From Dehalococcoidia bacterium (lineage in GTDB: Bacteria; Chloroflexota; Dehalococcoidia; Lucifugimonadales; Australimonadaceae): a DNA stretch of 64,000 nt. A program made the position numbers and the translations under genes. The stretch is from the NCBI GenBank assembly GCA_965220225.1, contig OZ244813.1, forward strand, positions 1,506,991-1,570,990, read 5' to 3'. Below the pieces are notes generated by a model. The model was given only the letters and a program-made list of their open reading frames with translations, ran no database searches and was not told the DNA's origin. This document shows positions 34,883 through 44,999 of the stretch, one piece after another (position 1 is the first letter of the stretch; each line of letters begins with the position of its first letter).

Positions 34883-36250
34883 ATGACCGACTACACGACC
34901 CACCATTTCGAGGCCGCCTCGCGTTACACCGTCTCCGTCGGCTACGACCGCCGTCTGTACGAGCACGACATCGCGGGGTCGGTCGCGCACGCCCGCATGC
35001 TCGGCAGGCAGGGCATCATCTCCGAAGTCGACGCGGACGCCATCGTGCAGGGGCTCGACGCCGTGCGCGGCGAGATAGCCGACGGCGCGTTCAACTGGCG
35101 CGATGAGCTCGAAGACCTCCACATGAACATCGAGACGCGCCTCCACGAGCTCATCGGCGAGCCCGCCGCGCGCCTCCACACCGCGCGCTCCCGCAACGAC
35201 CAGGTCGCGACTGCCACCCGCCTCTACGTTCGCGACGCCATCGACCGCGCGGCGTCGCTGCTCCGTGCCCTTCAGACCGTCCTGCTGGCGCTCGCCGAGC
35301 GCGAGCAGGACGCCCTCCTCCCCGGCTACACCCACCTCCAGCGCGCCCAGCCCGTGCCGTTCGCCCACCACATGCTCGCCTACTTCGAGATGTTCGACCG
35401 CGACGCCGACCGCCTCGCCGACGCCCGGAGACGCGTGAACGTCCTCCCGCTCGGCTCCGGCGCGCTCGCAGGCGCGCCGTACCCGCTCGACCGCGAGTCG
35501 GTCGCCCGCGAACTCGGCTTCGACGGCATCTCCGCCAACTCGATGGACGCCGTCTCTGACCGCGACTACGCCGTCGAGTTCCTCGCCGCTGCCGCGACGT
35601 GCATGATGCACTGCTCTCGCCTCGCGGAGGAGATCGTGCTCTGGACGTCGCAGGAGTTCGGCTATCTGCAGCTCGGACGGCAGTGGGTCACCGGCTCGTC
35701 CATCATGCCGCAGAAGCGCAACCCGGACTTCGCGGAGATCGCGCGCGGCAAGACGGGCCGCGTCTACGGCAGCCTCGTCGGCCTGCTCACCACGCTCAAA
35801 GGCCTGCCGCTCACCTACAACCGCGACCTGCAGGAGGACAAGGAAGGGTTGTTCGATGCTGTCGACACCCTCGAAGCGACGCTCGAAGCCATGCGCGGCA
35901 TGCTGAGCGACTGCTCCGTGAACGCCGAGCGGATGCGCGATGCCGCCGAGGACAGCGCCCTGCTCGCAACCGACATGGCCGATTACCTCGTCGGCAAGGG
36001 AGTACCGTTCCGCGAGGCGCACGCCGCCGTGAGCGCGCTCTGCGAGCTTGCCGCTGAGCGCGGCGTCGCCGTGACTGCGCTGCCGCTCGACGAGATGCGC
36101 GCGCAGTGCCCCGTCTTCGACGAGGGCGTGCGCGAACTCACCGCGCTTGCCAGCGCGACGGCGCGCGACGTGCCCGGCGGCGCGTCGCCCGCCCGCGTGC
36201 GGGAAGCACTCGCTGCAGCGAAGGCGCGGCTGGAGGCGTCCGGTGGCTGA
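34883..36250 (+). CDS. argH: argininosuccinate lyase
   Basis: Fumarate-lyase signature [21 protein letters not shown] and YTHLQRAQP motifs. Confidence 0.95.
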   Translation: MTDYTTHHFEAASRYTVSVGYDRRLYEHDIAGSVAHARMLGRQGIISEVDADAIVQGLDAVRGEIADGAFNWRDELEDLHMNIETRLHELIGEPAARLHTARSRNDQVATATRLYVRDAIDRAASLLRALQTVLLALAEREQDALLPGYTHLQRAQPVPFAHHMLAYFEMFDRDADRLADARRRVNVLPLGSGALAGAPYPLDRESVARELGFDGISANSMDAVSDRDYAVEFLAAAATCMMHCSRLAEEIVLWTSQEFGYLQLGRQWVTGSSIMPQKRNPDFAEIARGKTGRVYGSLVGLLTTLKGLPLTYNRDLQEDKEGLFDAVDTLEATLEAMRGMLSDCSVNAERMRDAAEDSALLATDMADYLVGKGVPFREAHAAVSALCELAAERGVAVTALPLDEMRAQCPVFDEGVRELTALASATARDVPGGASPARVREALAAAKARLEASGG

Positions 36251-36932
36251 CGTCAAACTCGCGCCGTCCATCCTCTCCGCGGACTTCGCCCGCATCGGCG
36301 AGGTCGTGCGTGAGACCGAAGAGGCGGGCGCCGACTACATCCACGTCGACGTTATGGACGGGCGCTTCGTCCCGAACCTCACTATCGGCCCGCTCGTCGT
36401 CGAGGCGATACGCCCGCACACCAGCCTCCCGCTCGACGTGCACCTGATGATCGTGGAGCCGGAGCGCCTCATCCCGGACTTCGTCGCGGCGGGCGCCGAC
36501 AAGATAACCGTACACCAGGAGGCCGTGACCCACCTCGACCGCACCGTCCACCAGATACGCGACCTCGGCGCGACCGCGGGCATCTCTCTCAACCCGTCGA
36601 CGCCAGACGCCACGCTCGCCGAGATACTGCCGGAGCTGGACCTCGTGCTCGTCATGTCCGTGAACCCCGGCTTCGGCGGGCAGTCGTTCATCCCGGGCGT
36701 GCTGCCCAAGATCGAGCGCCTGCGCGCTGCGATAGACGAACGCGGCCTCGCAACGGAGTTGGAGGTCGACGGCGGCATCAAACCGGACAACGTGGCACGC
36801 GTTGTCGGAGCGGGCGCGAACGTCATCGTCGCAGGCTCCGCCGTGTACAATGACCGCATGACCATCGCCGAAGCTGTCGCCGCCATGCGTACCGCCACCG
36901 GAGGTGGCGCAGGATCGGGCGTGTCCGATTAG
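36243..36932 (+). CDS. rpe: ribulose-phosphate 3-epimerase
   Basis: [31 protein letters not shown] and EVDGGI motifs. The GTG start overlaps the argH stop. Confidence 0.93.
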   Translation: MADVKLAPSILSADFARIGEVVRETEEAGADYIHVDVMDGRFVPNLTIGPLVVEAIRPHTSLPLDVHLMIVEPERLIPDFVAAGADKITVHQEAVTHLDRTVHQIRDLGATAGISLNPSTPDATLAEILPELDLVLVMSVNPGFGGQSFIPGVLPKIERLRAAIDERGLATELEVDGGIKPDNVARVVGAGANVIVAGSAVYNDRMTIAEAVAAMRTATGGGAGSGVSD

Positions 36933-37488
36933 CCCTCGTACCGCCCACGTCCTCTGCCCCGGCCTCACCGGGACCGTCCTCCTTATCGTCGCGCTGTCGC
37001 TTGCTGTAGCGTGCGCGTCCCCCACTCCGACGCCTATCCCCAGGGCCCAGGAAGGCGACAATGTTGCCGTGCACTACCACGGCACGCTTGACGACGGCAC
37101 CGTGTTCGATTCATCTCGCGAGCGCGACCCGCTGGAGTTCGTCGTGGGCAGCGGTCTGCTGATAGACGGGTTCGACAACGCAGTGCGCGGCCTCGCGGTC
37201 GGCGACACCGTGACCGTGCGGGTGGAACCCGCAGAGGCATACGGTGAGCCCATTCCCGAGCTCATCCAGGACATACCGGTCGACACCGTCCCGGAGGGAG
37301 TTGTACAGGGGCTCCGCATCGGCATGATGGTGCCCATCTCCAACGGGATGCAGGCGATGGTCACCAACATCACCGACACCGCCATCACCCTGGATGCCAA
37401 CCACCCCCTGGCAGGCGAGGCGCTCACCTTCGAGATAGAACTCGTGAGCATCGCCAGCCCCGAACCCGTCGCATCCCCCGAGGGATAA
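36904..37488 (+). CDS. FKBP-type peptidyl-prolyl isomerase, lipoprotein
   Basis: Lipobox LSLAVA|C, a short SPTPTPIP linker, and the FKBP core [18 protein letters not shown]...[15 protein letters not shown] with a SlyD-like insert. The start is uncertain. Confidence 0.8.
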   Translation: MAQDRACPISPRTAHVLCPGLTGTVLLIVALSLAVACASPTPTPIPRAQEGDNVAVHYHGTLDDGTVFDSSRERDPLEFVVGSGLLIDGFDNAVRGLAVGDTVTVRVEPAEAYGEPIPELIQDIPVDTVPEGVVQGLRIGMMVPISNGMQAMVTNITDTAITLDANHPLAGEALTFEIELVSIASPEPVASPEG

Positions 37489-37525
37489 GGCAAGGCCTTC
37501 GGCCGGCCCATCCCGCGTCGCTCGC

Positions 37526-38437
37526 ATGCGTACAGTCATCATCGACACCGACCCGGGCGCCGACGATGCTCTCGCCATCATGATGGCGATGGATTCTCCC
37601 AACCTGGTGGTCGAGGGCATAACCACCGTGGGAGGGAACGCCACACTGTCGGATACGACCGACAACGCGCTCCGATTGGTCGAATACCTGGACGGGAAGG
37701 GGAGCGTCATCCCGGTCGCGGTTGGCGCCGACCGGCCGCTGCGCGGCTCATTCACCCACGCGTACCACGTGCATGGTGCGGGAGGACTGGGTGTCCGCCT
37801 CCCCGCTCCAACGCTGCGACCGGACAACAGGAGCGCGGTAGAGTTCATCTGCGACCGGGCCGCTGCGTCCGCTGGGCCGCTCGCCATCATCGCCATCGGC
37901 CCGCTGACCAACGTCGCCGCTGCGCTGGACCGCTGCCCGGACCTCATGAACGCGCTTGCGGAGATAGTCGTCATGGGCGGGGCGTTCGAGGTGCCGGGCA
38001 ACGTCACTCCCCACGCGGAGTTCAACATCCACGAAGACCCCGAGGCCGCTGACCTCGTATTCAGCTCAGGGATCCCGGTGACGATCGTCGGTCTCGACGT
38101 GACGCGCCGGACGGCCATGCATCGCGCTGATGGTCCGCACTGGTTCGAAGCCACGTCCGTGTCCGCATCGCTGGGTAACCGCATCCTGGCAGACCGCTTC
38201 CGGGAGCGGGCCGATGCGGAGGAGTTCTACCTGCACGATCCGCTGGCGGTGGCCGCGGCGATCGTCCCGGATGTCCTGACTTATCGCCAGGCGCAGGTGT
38301 CCGTTGTGACGGAGGGCGAGGAACGAGGGCGGACCGTCGCACAATACGTCGACGGCACAGTGCGTGTGGCCCTCGGCGTGGACGTCGAACGGGCCGTGGC
38401 GATGGTACGGGGCCTCATCGGCCCGCCGCGGGCCTGA
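37526..38437 (+). CDS. nucleoside hydrolase (IUNH family)
   Basis: N-terminal signature IIDTDPGADDALAI. HAEFNIHEDPEAA and LHDPLAV motifs. Confidence 0.9.
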   Translation: MRTVIIDTDPGADDALAIMMAMDSPNLVVEGITTVGGNATLSDTTDNALRLVEYLDGKGSVIPVAVGADRPLRGSFTHAYHVHGAGGLGVRLPAPTLRPDNRSAVEFICDRAAASAGPLAIIAIGPLTNVAAALDRCPDLMNALAEIVVMGGAFEVPGNVTPHAEFNIHEDPEAADLVFSSGIPVTIVGLDVTRRTAMHRADGPHWFEATSVSASLGNRILADRFRERADAEEFYLHDPLAVAAAIVPDVLTYRQAQVSVVTEGEERGRTVAQYVDGTVRVALGVDVERAVAMVRGLIGPPRA

Positions 38438-38494
38438 GGACACCTGCGGCTGCTCCGCTACAATGGCGCCTGACCCAGTCCGGAAGGTGGAGCA

Positions 38495-39397
38495 ATGGCA
38501 ACTGTCGTAGGCAGGTTCGGCATGTCTCATGGCCCTCAGCTCTACGTGCCGCCTGAACTGTGGCCCAACATCCTCCGCCGTGAGGACGTCGCCGAAGAGA
38601 AACCGGGGATGCGTGAGCAGACCACCGAGGCGATGATGCGCTACAGGTACGACGCGTGCCTCAAGGCGATGGACACTGTCAGCACCCGGATCGACGATGC
38701 CGTGCCCGACACTATCGTGCTCATCGGCGATGACCAGCGGGAGAACCTGCTCGCAGACAACACCCCGCCGTTCCTCGTGTACATCGGGGATGAGGTGGAC
38801 GCCAGCACACGAGTCTCGCACTACCACCTCGGCGACGAGTTCACCGACACCATCACCCGCTACGAGGTCGATGTCCCGCTCGCCCGGTGGGTCATCGATT
38901 CGCTGCTCGATTCCGGTTTCGACCCCGCATGGTCGACCGCTACCCGGCATGAGCAGGGCCTCGGTCATGCGTTCGGACGCCCGCTCCACACCACGAACGA
39001 CGACGCCCGCTATCGCGTCGTTCCTGTCATGGTGAACACGTACTACCCTCCCACAAGTTCACCGCGGCGGTGCGTGGACTTCGGGCGCGCACTTGCGAAG
39101 GCCATCGAGTCCTTCGACGAGTCCCGCCGCGTCGTGGTCGTCGCCTCCGGCGGGCTCTCCCACATGATGATCGACGAGCAACTGGACAGGGAATACCTCG
39201 CAGCCGTGGAGGCCCACGACATCGATTACATGGCAGCGATGGACCCGGGCGTCCTGGTCGGCGGGACGTCCGAGATAAGGAACTGGATCATCGCCGCCGC
39301 CACGAGCGACCGCCCGGGAACAGTCATCGACTACCAACCCTGTTACCGGAACCTCGCCGGCGTTGGCTGTGCGATGGCCTTCGCCGAGTGGGCGTGA
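38495..39397 (+). CDS. class III extradiol ring-cleavage dioxygenase (LigB family), paralog 1
   Basis: MSHGPQL, VLIGDDQ, GLGHAF, VASGGLSH and EIRNW motifs, colinear with paralog 2 at 43264..44268. Confidence 0.75.
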   Translation: MATVVGRFGMSHGPQLYVPPELWPNILRREDVAEEKPGMREQTTEAMMRYRYDACLKAMDTVSTRIDDAVPDTIVLIGDDQRENLLADNTPPFLVYIGDEVDASTRVSHYHLGDEFTDTITRYEVDVPLARWVIDSLLDSGFDPAWSTATRHEQGLGHAFGRPLHTTNDDARYRVVPVMVNTYYPPTSSPRRCVDFGRALAKAIESFDESRRVVVVASGGLSHMMIDEQLDREYLAAVEAHDIDYMAAMDPGVLVGGTSEIRNWIIAAATSDRPGTVIDYQPCYRNLAGVGCAMAFAEWA

Positions 39398-39553
39398 CCA
39401 GCCGCGCCATATCGCTCGTATGCGGATCGCCCCCATTCGAAACCCCGCGTAATCTCCCCCGAAATACCCTTGACGCTGGACGCGCGGGACGCCAATCTAG
39501 CGTCTCATCATTTTCGGAGCACGCCACTTCGGGAAGACGGAGGCAACGCGCCT

Positions 39554-39955
39554 GTGGACACGGCGGAGCAGATACTGCGCGAGAGCAAAGTCATTGCCGT
39601 CGTCGGTCTGTCCGACAGGCCGGACCGCCCGTCGCACGGGGTCGCGAGGTACATGCAGGAGAACGGTTACCGCATCATCCCCGTGAACCCGAAACTGACC
39701 GAGCCGGTGCTTGGCGAGCAGCCATACGCAAGGCTGGAGGACGTGCCGGAACACGTTGATGTAGTGGACATATTCAGGAGAGCAGTGGATGTGCCGCCCG
39801 TCGTCGACGGGGCCATCCGGATAGGCGCCGATGCCGTGTGGATGCAACTGGGGATATCCCATGGTGAGGCTGGAGCAAAGGCGGAAGCAGCAGGTCTGCG
39901 CGTTGTTATGGACAAGTGCATGGCTATCGAGCACCGCCTGATGAGAGGTTCGTAA
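39554..39955 (+). CDS. CoA-binding domain protein
   Basis: IAVVGLSDRPDRPSHGVARYMQENGYRIIPVNP and DVVDIFRR motifs. The GTG start at 39554 follows GGAGG and is uncertain. Confidence 0.8.
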   Translation: MDTAEQILRESKVIAVVGLSDRPDRPSHGVARYMQENGYRIIPVNPKLTEPVLGEQPYARLEDVPEHVDVVDIFRRAVDVPPVVDGAIRIGADAVWMQLGISHGEAGAKAEAAGLRVVMDKCMAIEHRLMRGS

Positions 39956-40013
39956 GCAATAGCAGACGCCGCCACAACAGGGGGTGCGTGCGCCGGCGAC
40001 GGGAGTCGTCGTC

Positions 40014-40853
40014 ATGATCTACCGTGAAGAGGAGCATGTCCGGTTGTTGAAGGAGCAGACAAGGAAGGCAGTCCGCCTTGCCATGGACGGAGAGTGGGCG
40101 GAGGCTGCCCGGCTCAATCGCGAGATACTGGAGGCCGCGCCCGATAATGTGGAGGCGATGAACCGCCTGGGCAAGGCGCTCACTGAGCTCGGTGAGTCCG
40201 GTCAGGCGCTCGACGCTTTCCGGCGAGCACTGGCGCTCAGCCCCGGCAACCCCATCGCCACCAAGAACGTAGAGCGGCTGCTTGCCGAGTCGAGCAGCGG
40301 CAGCGCTCCGACAGCCCGCGCCTGCAGCGGGGCCGGTAGTACGCTCAAGCCCCGGATGTTCATCGCGGACAGTGGCAAGAGCGCCGACGTGACGCTGCTG
40401 GCGTCGACCAGTGCGGGCAATCCGTCACCCGGTATGCCGGTGACGCTGGAGGCGAACGGCACCACCCTTGGCGTGATGGCCCCGGACGGCAGTTGCCTGG
40501 GTCTCGTCCCGCCGAACATGGCCCGCCGCCTGCTCTGCCTCATCTCAGGCGGCAATCGCTACGAGGGTGCGGTCTCCGGAACGGCTAGGGGCGCAGTGCG
40601 CGTCGTGCTGCGCGAGGCCTACCAGCATCCCAGCCAGCGCTCGAAGGTCTCGTTCCCGGCGCAACCGAAGCCCCTCGAGGAGCCGTTCCTCCCTGCAGCA
40701 GAAGTGGCCGACGCGCAGGACACGACACCGGTCAGCGTGCCCGAGGTCCCCTTATCCCTGCTCGACGACGAACCGGAACTGGCCGCTGTTGGCGCGGGTA
40801 TCGGCATCTTCGACGATGCGCTGCTCCCGGACCTCCCGGAGGACGACGAGTAG
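40014..40853 (+). CDS. TPR-repeat protein with unknown central domain and acidic tail
   Basis: TPR-like helices (AEAARLNREILEAAPDNVEAMNRLGKALTELGESGQALDAFRRALALSPGN). The C-terminus is DLPEDDE. Confidence 0.6.
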   Translation: MIYREEEHVRLLKEQTRKAVRLAMDGEWAEAARLNREILEAAPDNVEAMNRLGKALTELGESGQALDAFRRALALSPGNPIATKNVERLLAESSSGSAPTARACSGAGSTLKPRMFIADSGKSADVTLLASTSAGNPSPGMPVTLEANGTTLGVMAPDGSCLGLVPPNMARRLLCLISGGNRYEGAVSGTARGAVRVVLREAYQHPSQRSKVSFPAQPKPLEEPFLPAAEVADAQDTTPVSVPEVPLSLLDDEPELAAVGAGIGIFDDALLPDLPEDDE

Positions 40854-40891
40854 GCGCTGACCACTCCTACCTGTCATTCCTCGGCGAGGGG

Positions 40892-42985
40892 CTACGCCTC
40901 GTCGAGGCTTTCAGCGAGCAACTCCAGCAGGTCCTTCGCTGACTTGCTGCCCTCCTGTTCTTTCGCGCCGATGCCTTCCTCCATCATCTGGAGGCAGAAT
41001 GGGCAGGAGACCCCGACCGCGTCGGCGCCGGTGTCGAGGAAATGGTCCGTGCGGATGTGATTGACCCGGGTGCCCTGCTCCTCCATCCACATCCGTCCGC
41101 CGCCCGCGCCGCAGCAGAACCCGCGCTCGCGGCAACGTCCTTCGCCCATCTCCACGAGCTCGAGGCCGGGGATGGCCCGCGCTATCTCCCTGGGCGGGTC
41201 GTAGATGTCGTTGTGCCGTCCGAGGTAGCACGAGTCGTGGTAGGCGACCGATAGCGGGACGGCCTTCGCGGGGCGGATGCGCCCGTCGCGTATGAGCCCT
41301 GCGACGAACTCGGTGTAGTGCGTCACCTCGAACTTCCCACCGAACTGCGGGTACTCGTTCTTCAGGGTGTTGAAGCAGTGCGGGCACAGCGTCACGATCC
41401 TCCGCACCTCGTACGCATTCAGCGTCTCGATGTTCTGCTCCGCCATCATCTGGAAGAGGTATTCGTTCCCCATGCGGCGAGCGGGGTCTCCGGTGCAGGT
41501 CTCCTCGTTCCCGAGCACGCGGTAGCGCACGCCGGCGAGTTTCAGCACAGACGCCATGGCCCGAGCAACCTGCTGCCCGCGTCCGTCCAGCGCTGACGTG
41601 CAGCCGACCCACAGCAGCACGTCGTGCTCCGGGTCGTCGCTCATCGCTACGACGTCCGCGCCCTCCATCCAGTCGGTACGGGTGGCCTGCGTGCCGCGCC
41701 ACGGGTGCCCGCGCTGCTCCATGGAGGTGAGCGCGTTCATCGCCCCCTCCGGCACGTCGGCCTCCTCCATCGTGAGGAAGCGGCGCATGTCCACGATGGA
41801 GTCGATGTGCTCGACGAACGCCGGGCATGCCTCCATGCACGCGCGGCAGGTGGTGCACGACCAGAGCACGTCGGTCGATATCGTGCCGTGGACGAGGTCG
41901 AGTTCCGGCGGGGGCGGCTCGGCCTCCGGGCCCAGGGCCAGCAGCACCGGCGCGCGAGACTCCATGTAGGCCTTCGCGTCCTGCACCAGCTTCCGGGGCG
42001 AGAGCGGCTTGCCGCTGCGCCACGCGGGGCACTGGTCCTGACAGCGGCCACAGTTCGTGCAGGCGTCGTAGTCGAGCAGTTGCTTGGACGTGAGCTGCGT
42101 GATCTCCTTCGCCCCGAACACCTCCAGCGTGTCGAGATCGCCCATCGGCCGCAGCGCGCCCTTGGGCCGTGTCACGGAGGAGCGCATCACGAGATTGAGC
42201 GGGCTGACGAAGATGTGCATGAGCGGCCCGAACCGCCACGCCGCGTAGACGAACGTTGCGGACATCAGCCCCGCGTGCGCCCACCACAGTACGAAGTGCG
42301 AGACCTCCATCGCGTAGACCGTGAACCCCACGCCCCGGATAGCCACTGCGATGACGTAGGAGAACGGCGACCAGTACGCCGACGCCACGCTGTACAGGTC
42401 GCTCGTCGGCTCCAGCTCCGTTGCAGCCATCCGGAGCGACTGCAGGACGAAGCCGGAGAGCGCGCTTGCCAGCAGGAGGACGAGCAACACGTTGTTCTCC
42501 AGCATCGTGTTGAGCCGGGGAGGACGCACGACGTACCGCCGCCACGCGGCGAGGGCGATGCCCGCCATGAGCATGACGCCGCCGATGTCCCATATCAGCT
42601 CCAGTTGCACCCCGACGTTGCGGGTCGGCAGGTGCCAGCCGAAGTACCGTTCCGAGTTGAACTCGACGGCATCCAGCGACGTTGCGATGAACAGGATGAC
42701 GATGCCCCAGAAGATGAGGAAGTGCATCGCGCCGGGATAGCGCTCATTCCGAACGAACCGCCGGTGGCCTATGGAGTCGACGAACAGTGTCCGGAGTCCG
42801 CCGGCCAGACGTGCTCGCCATGGGCCCGCGTCCGGGTTCGGCTTGCCGAGCCGCCAGTAGCGCGAGCGCTGCCAGAGCGCCCAGGCGATCGCGGCCAGCG
42901 CGATGGGAGCAGTGAGATAGACGATAGCCCCCAGCGGGTAGCCGATGTTCCAGAAGTCGAGTCGTCCGGTCAGTTCAGGCGGCAA
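40892..42985 (-). CDS. membrane-anchored HdrD/GlpC-like (Fe-S)-binding oxidoreductase
   Basis: About 6 N-terminal TM helices (NarI-like). Two 4Fe-4S motifs, CTNCGRCQDQCP and CTTCRACMEACP. Two CCG domains (CPHCFNTL, CCGAGGG, CPFCLQMM). The TTG start at 42985 follows AAGAGG. The longer ORF runs through a tRNA gene. Confidence 0.85.
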   Translation of the reverse strand: MPPELTGRLDFWNIGYPLGAIVYLTAPIALAAIAWALWQRSRYWRLGKPNPDAGPWRARLAGGLRTLFVDSIGHRRFVRNERYPGAMHFLIFWGIVILFIATSLDAVEFNSERYFGWHLPTRNVGVQLELIWDIGGVMLMAGIALAAWRRYVVRPPRLNTMLENNVLLVLLLASALSGFVLQSLRMAATELEPTSDLYSVASAYWSPFSYVIAVAIRGVGFTVYAMEVSHFVLWWAHAGLMSATFVYAAWRFGPLMHIFVSPLNLVMRSSVTRPKGALRPMGDLDTLEVFGAKEITQLTSKQLLDYDACTNCGRCQDQCPAWRSGKPLSPRKLVQDAKAYMESRAPVLLALGPEAEPPPPELDLVHGTISTDVLWSCTTCRACMEACPAFVEHIDSIVDMRRFLTMEEADVPEGAMNALTSMEQRGHPWRGTQATRTDWMEGADVVAMSDDPEHDVLLWVGCTSALDGRGQQVARAMASVLKLAGVRYRVLGNEETCTGDPARRMGNEYLFQMMAEQNIETLNAYEVRRIVTLCPHCFNTLKNEYPQFGGKFEVTHYTEFVAGLIRDGRIRPAKAVPLSVAYHDSCYLGRHNDIYDPPREIARAIPGLELVEMGEGRCRERGFCCGAGGGRMWMEEQGTRVNHIRTDHFLDTGADAVGVSCPFCLQMMEEGIGAKEQEGSKSAKDLLELLAESLDEA

Positions 42986-43081
42986 TGCATAACCTCTTGG
43001 GAGTCTGCGCGGGAGTTTAGCAGGCGCACGAGAGTGAAGGCAGGCGGTGCCGCGTTCGTGAGTGCTACCATTGACCTGCAC

Positions 43082-43171
43082 GGAGGGATGGCAGAGTGGA
43101 CGATTGCGGCGGTCTTGAAAACCGCTGTGCCGGCGACGGTACCGTGGGTTCGAATCCCACTCCCTCCGCCA
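43082..43171 (+). tRNA. tRNA-Ser (anticodon TGA), class II, CCA encoded
   Basis: Acceptor GGAGGGA/TCCCTCC, anticodon stem GCGGT/ACCGC, loop CTTGAAA, long variable arm, T-loop TTCGAAT. Confidence 0.9.
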
Positions 43172-43263
43172 CAGTATCGTTTGAGGTAAGGTAACCGCAT
43201 CCGCCCGGTCACCCCGGGCATCCACTGTAGTGCCGTCTTCGACGGCGGACCAAGGAGGCCACC

Positions 43264-44268
43264 ATGGCTGAGATCGTGCTCGTCGAGGCCTGCTCACACT
43301 CGCCTTTCCTCTTCATGGAGCCTCACCAGTGGAACCAGGTGCGGGCTGCCCGTCCACCTCTGCCCGATAACCCGGTCATGTCCGAGGAGGACAATGCCGC
43401 CCAGCACAAGCGCTGCACGGACGCGTTCGACGTGCTGCGGCAGAAGATGGAGGAAGCGAGGCCGGACGTCGTCCTCGTCTTCGGCGACGACCAGCAGGAG
43501 CTGTTCGGGCTGGATAACTTCCCCGCCTTCGGCATCTTCGTCGGCGACGAGTTCGAGGGCTACCGCACGAGCGCCCGGACGGGCTTCATCCCCGGCGAGC
43601 AGCGGGGCTGGCGCGAGAAGACGCCCGAGACCTGGGTGAAGGTGCAGAGCAACCCGCAACTCGCACAGGAGTTGGCGGTCGGCCTGACGCACCGCGACTT
43701 CGACATCTCGTTCAGCTTCGAGGTGCCGAACAAGGAGCACGGCATGGGGCACGCATTCATGCGCCCCTTCACTCGCATCATCCCGGACTTCGACGTCCCG
43801 ATGATCCCGTTCTTCGTGAACTGCTACTTCGGCCCGCAGCCGTCGGCCAACCGTTGCTACCGCCTCGGGAGGGCGGTGCGCGAGGTGATCGAGGCGTCGG
43901 CGCTGGACCTGCGCGTGGCCATCCTCGGTTCCGGCGGGCTGTGGCACACGCCGGGCAGCCCCACGTCGTGGCTCAACACCGAGTTCGACGAGCGCCTCCT
44001 CTCCTACATCCCGAAGGGTGACGGCAAGGGGATGGCGGACGAGTTCGACAGGGAAGGCGCGACGCCGCCTGCGGACTACAGCCCGAAGACAGCCCGCTGG
44101 GTCGACGGCGGCACCGGCATGTACACGGGCATCGGGAGCGGCACGGGCGAGTCACGCAACTGGGTGGCTGCTGCGGGAGTCGCGGACGGCAAGCCTGGCG
44201 TGGTGGTGGACTACGTGCCGGTCTTCGCGTCGCCGTGCGGCATGGGCTTCGCCTACTGGGAGATGTAG
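43264..44268 (+). CDS. class III extradiol ring-cleavage dioxygenase (LigB family), paralog 2
   Basis: CSHSPFL, VVLVFGDDQ, GMGHAF, ILGSGGLWH and ESRNW motifs. Confidence 0.75.
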   Translation: MAEIVLVEACSHSPFLFMEPHQWNQVRAARPPLPDNPVMSEEDNAAQHKRCTDAFDVLRQKMEEARPDVVLVFGDDQQELFGLDNFPAFGIFVGDEFEGYRTSARTGFIPGEQRGWREKTPETWVKVQSNPQLAQELAVGLTHRDFDISFSFEVPNKEHGMGHAFMRPFTRIIPDFDVPMIPFFVNCYFGPQPSANRCYRLGRAVREVIEASALDLRVAILGSGGLWHTPGSPTSWLNTEFDERLLSYIPKGDGKGMADEFDREGATPPADYSPKTARWVDGGTGMYTGIGSGTGESRNWVAAAGVADGKPGVVVDYVPVFASPCGMGFAYWEM

Positions 44269-44275
44269 CGCGCCG

Positions 44276-44659
44276 CTACTGGTCCGGCGCCATCGTGCGT
44301 ATGCCGTAGCGCCGGATGTGGGCGTCCCGGGTGATGAGGACCAGCCCCTCCGCCTGCGCCTGCGCGATCAGCATCCGGTCGAACGGGTCCCGATGGTGCA
44401 TCGGCAGCATCGCCGCCTGCTCCGCGTGGAACAGCGTCAATGGAAGGGGCATAAAGCCGGCTAGTTCCACCACACTGGACAGGTTTTCCGGGGCATCCAG
44501 CAGGGCTTTGGCCCGCTTCAGCGCGAGTTCCCAGATGCTTGCGGCGCTTACGAAGACCTCGTTGCCAGGGTCAGCGATAGCGACAGTGGCGCGCCCCCCA
44601 AGCAGGGGGCTCTGCCATAGGAACCAGAGCAGGACGTGCGAATCGAGCAGCAGTCTCAT
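44276..44659 (-). CDS. vapC: PIN-domain toxin, VapC family
   Basis: LLLDSHVLLW, SAASIWELALK and HRDPFDRMLIAQA...LITRD contain the acidic PIN residues. Confidence 0.85.
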   Translation of the reverse strand: MRLLLDSHVLLWFLWQSPLLGGRATVAIADPGNEVFVSAASIWELALKRAKALLDAPENLSSVVELAGFMPLPLTLFHAEQAAMLPMHHRDPFDRMLIAQAQAEGLVLITRDAHIRRYGIRTMAPDQ

Positions 44660-44922
44660 TGAAAGAGGGGGTCCTCAGGGTCGTCGCTGTAGAACAACTC
44701 TTCGATCTCCGCGTCTGTCCACTCGAGCAGGTCCCAGTTCGGCTCAGGCCAGCCCTGCTCTTTCAAGATGCCTGGTTTGCGTGGCTCGCGCTCCTTCTCC
44801 TTGTAGGGGAGCAGTTCCAGATACGGCTTACCGGCCTTGGCGATGACGACGCGTTCGCCCTGGCAGGCGAGTTCGCCGAGGCGCGAGAGTTGGGACTTCG
44901 CTTCGTGCATGTTGACCTGCAT
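44656..44922 (-). CDS. Phd/YefM-type antitoxin
   Basis: The N-terminus VNMHEAKSQLSRLGELACQGERVVIAKAGKP is typical. Its stop overlaps the vapC start (ATGA). Confidence 0.8.
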   Translation of the reverse strand: MQVNMHEAKSQLSRLGELACQGERVVIAKAGKPYLELLPYKEKEREPRKPGILKEQGWPEPNWDLLEWTDAEIEELFYSDDPEDPLFQ

Positions 44923-44944
44923 GCCGAACGCTCCTTAGTCGGAC

Positions 44945-44963
44945 TAAGCTTAGCTAATCATCC
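44945..44963. promoter_or_regulatory. overlapping palindromes upstream of the antitoxin (candidate TA operator)
   Basis: TTAGT-CGG-ACTAA (44945-44957) overlaps the perfect palindrome CTAAGCTTAG (44954-44963), 23-41 nt upstream of the start at 44922. Confidence 0.4.
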
Positions 44964-44999
44964 CGACGGTCTGCTGTCAAGCGGGGAACCGGTTGGACC

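Noticed and set aside
43082-43171. Possible tRNA-Sec (selC), considered because of the long variable arm and the candidate selenoprotein in the window.
   Set aside because: The anticodon loop is CTTGAAA, so the anticodon is TGA, which reads UCA and makes this tRNA-Ser. tRNA-Sec needs anticodon TCA and an 8-bp acceptor stem.
42986-43297. N-terminal 104 codons of ORF 40892..43297(-).
   Set aside because: This stretch reads straight through the plus-strand tRNA-Ser gene (43082-43171), giving the typical '...WDSNPRY...' tRNA-shadow peptide. The real start is taken as the TTG at 42985, which has an AAGAGG RBS.
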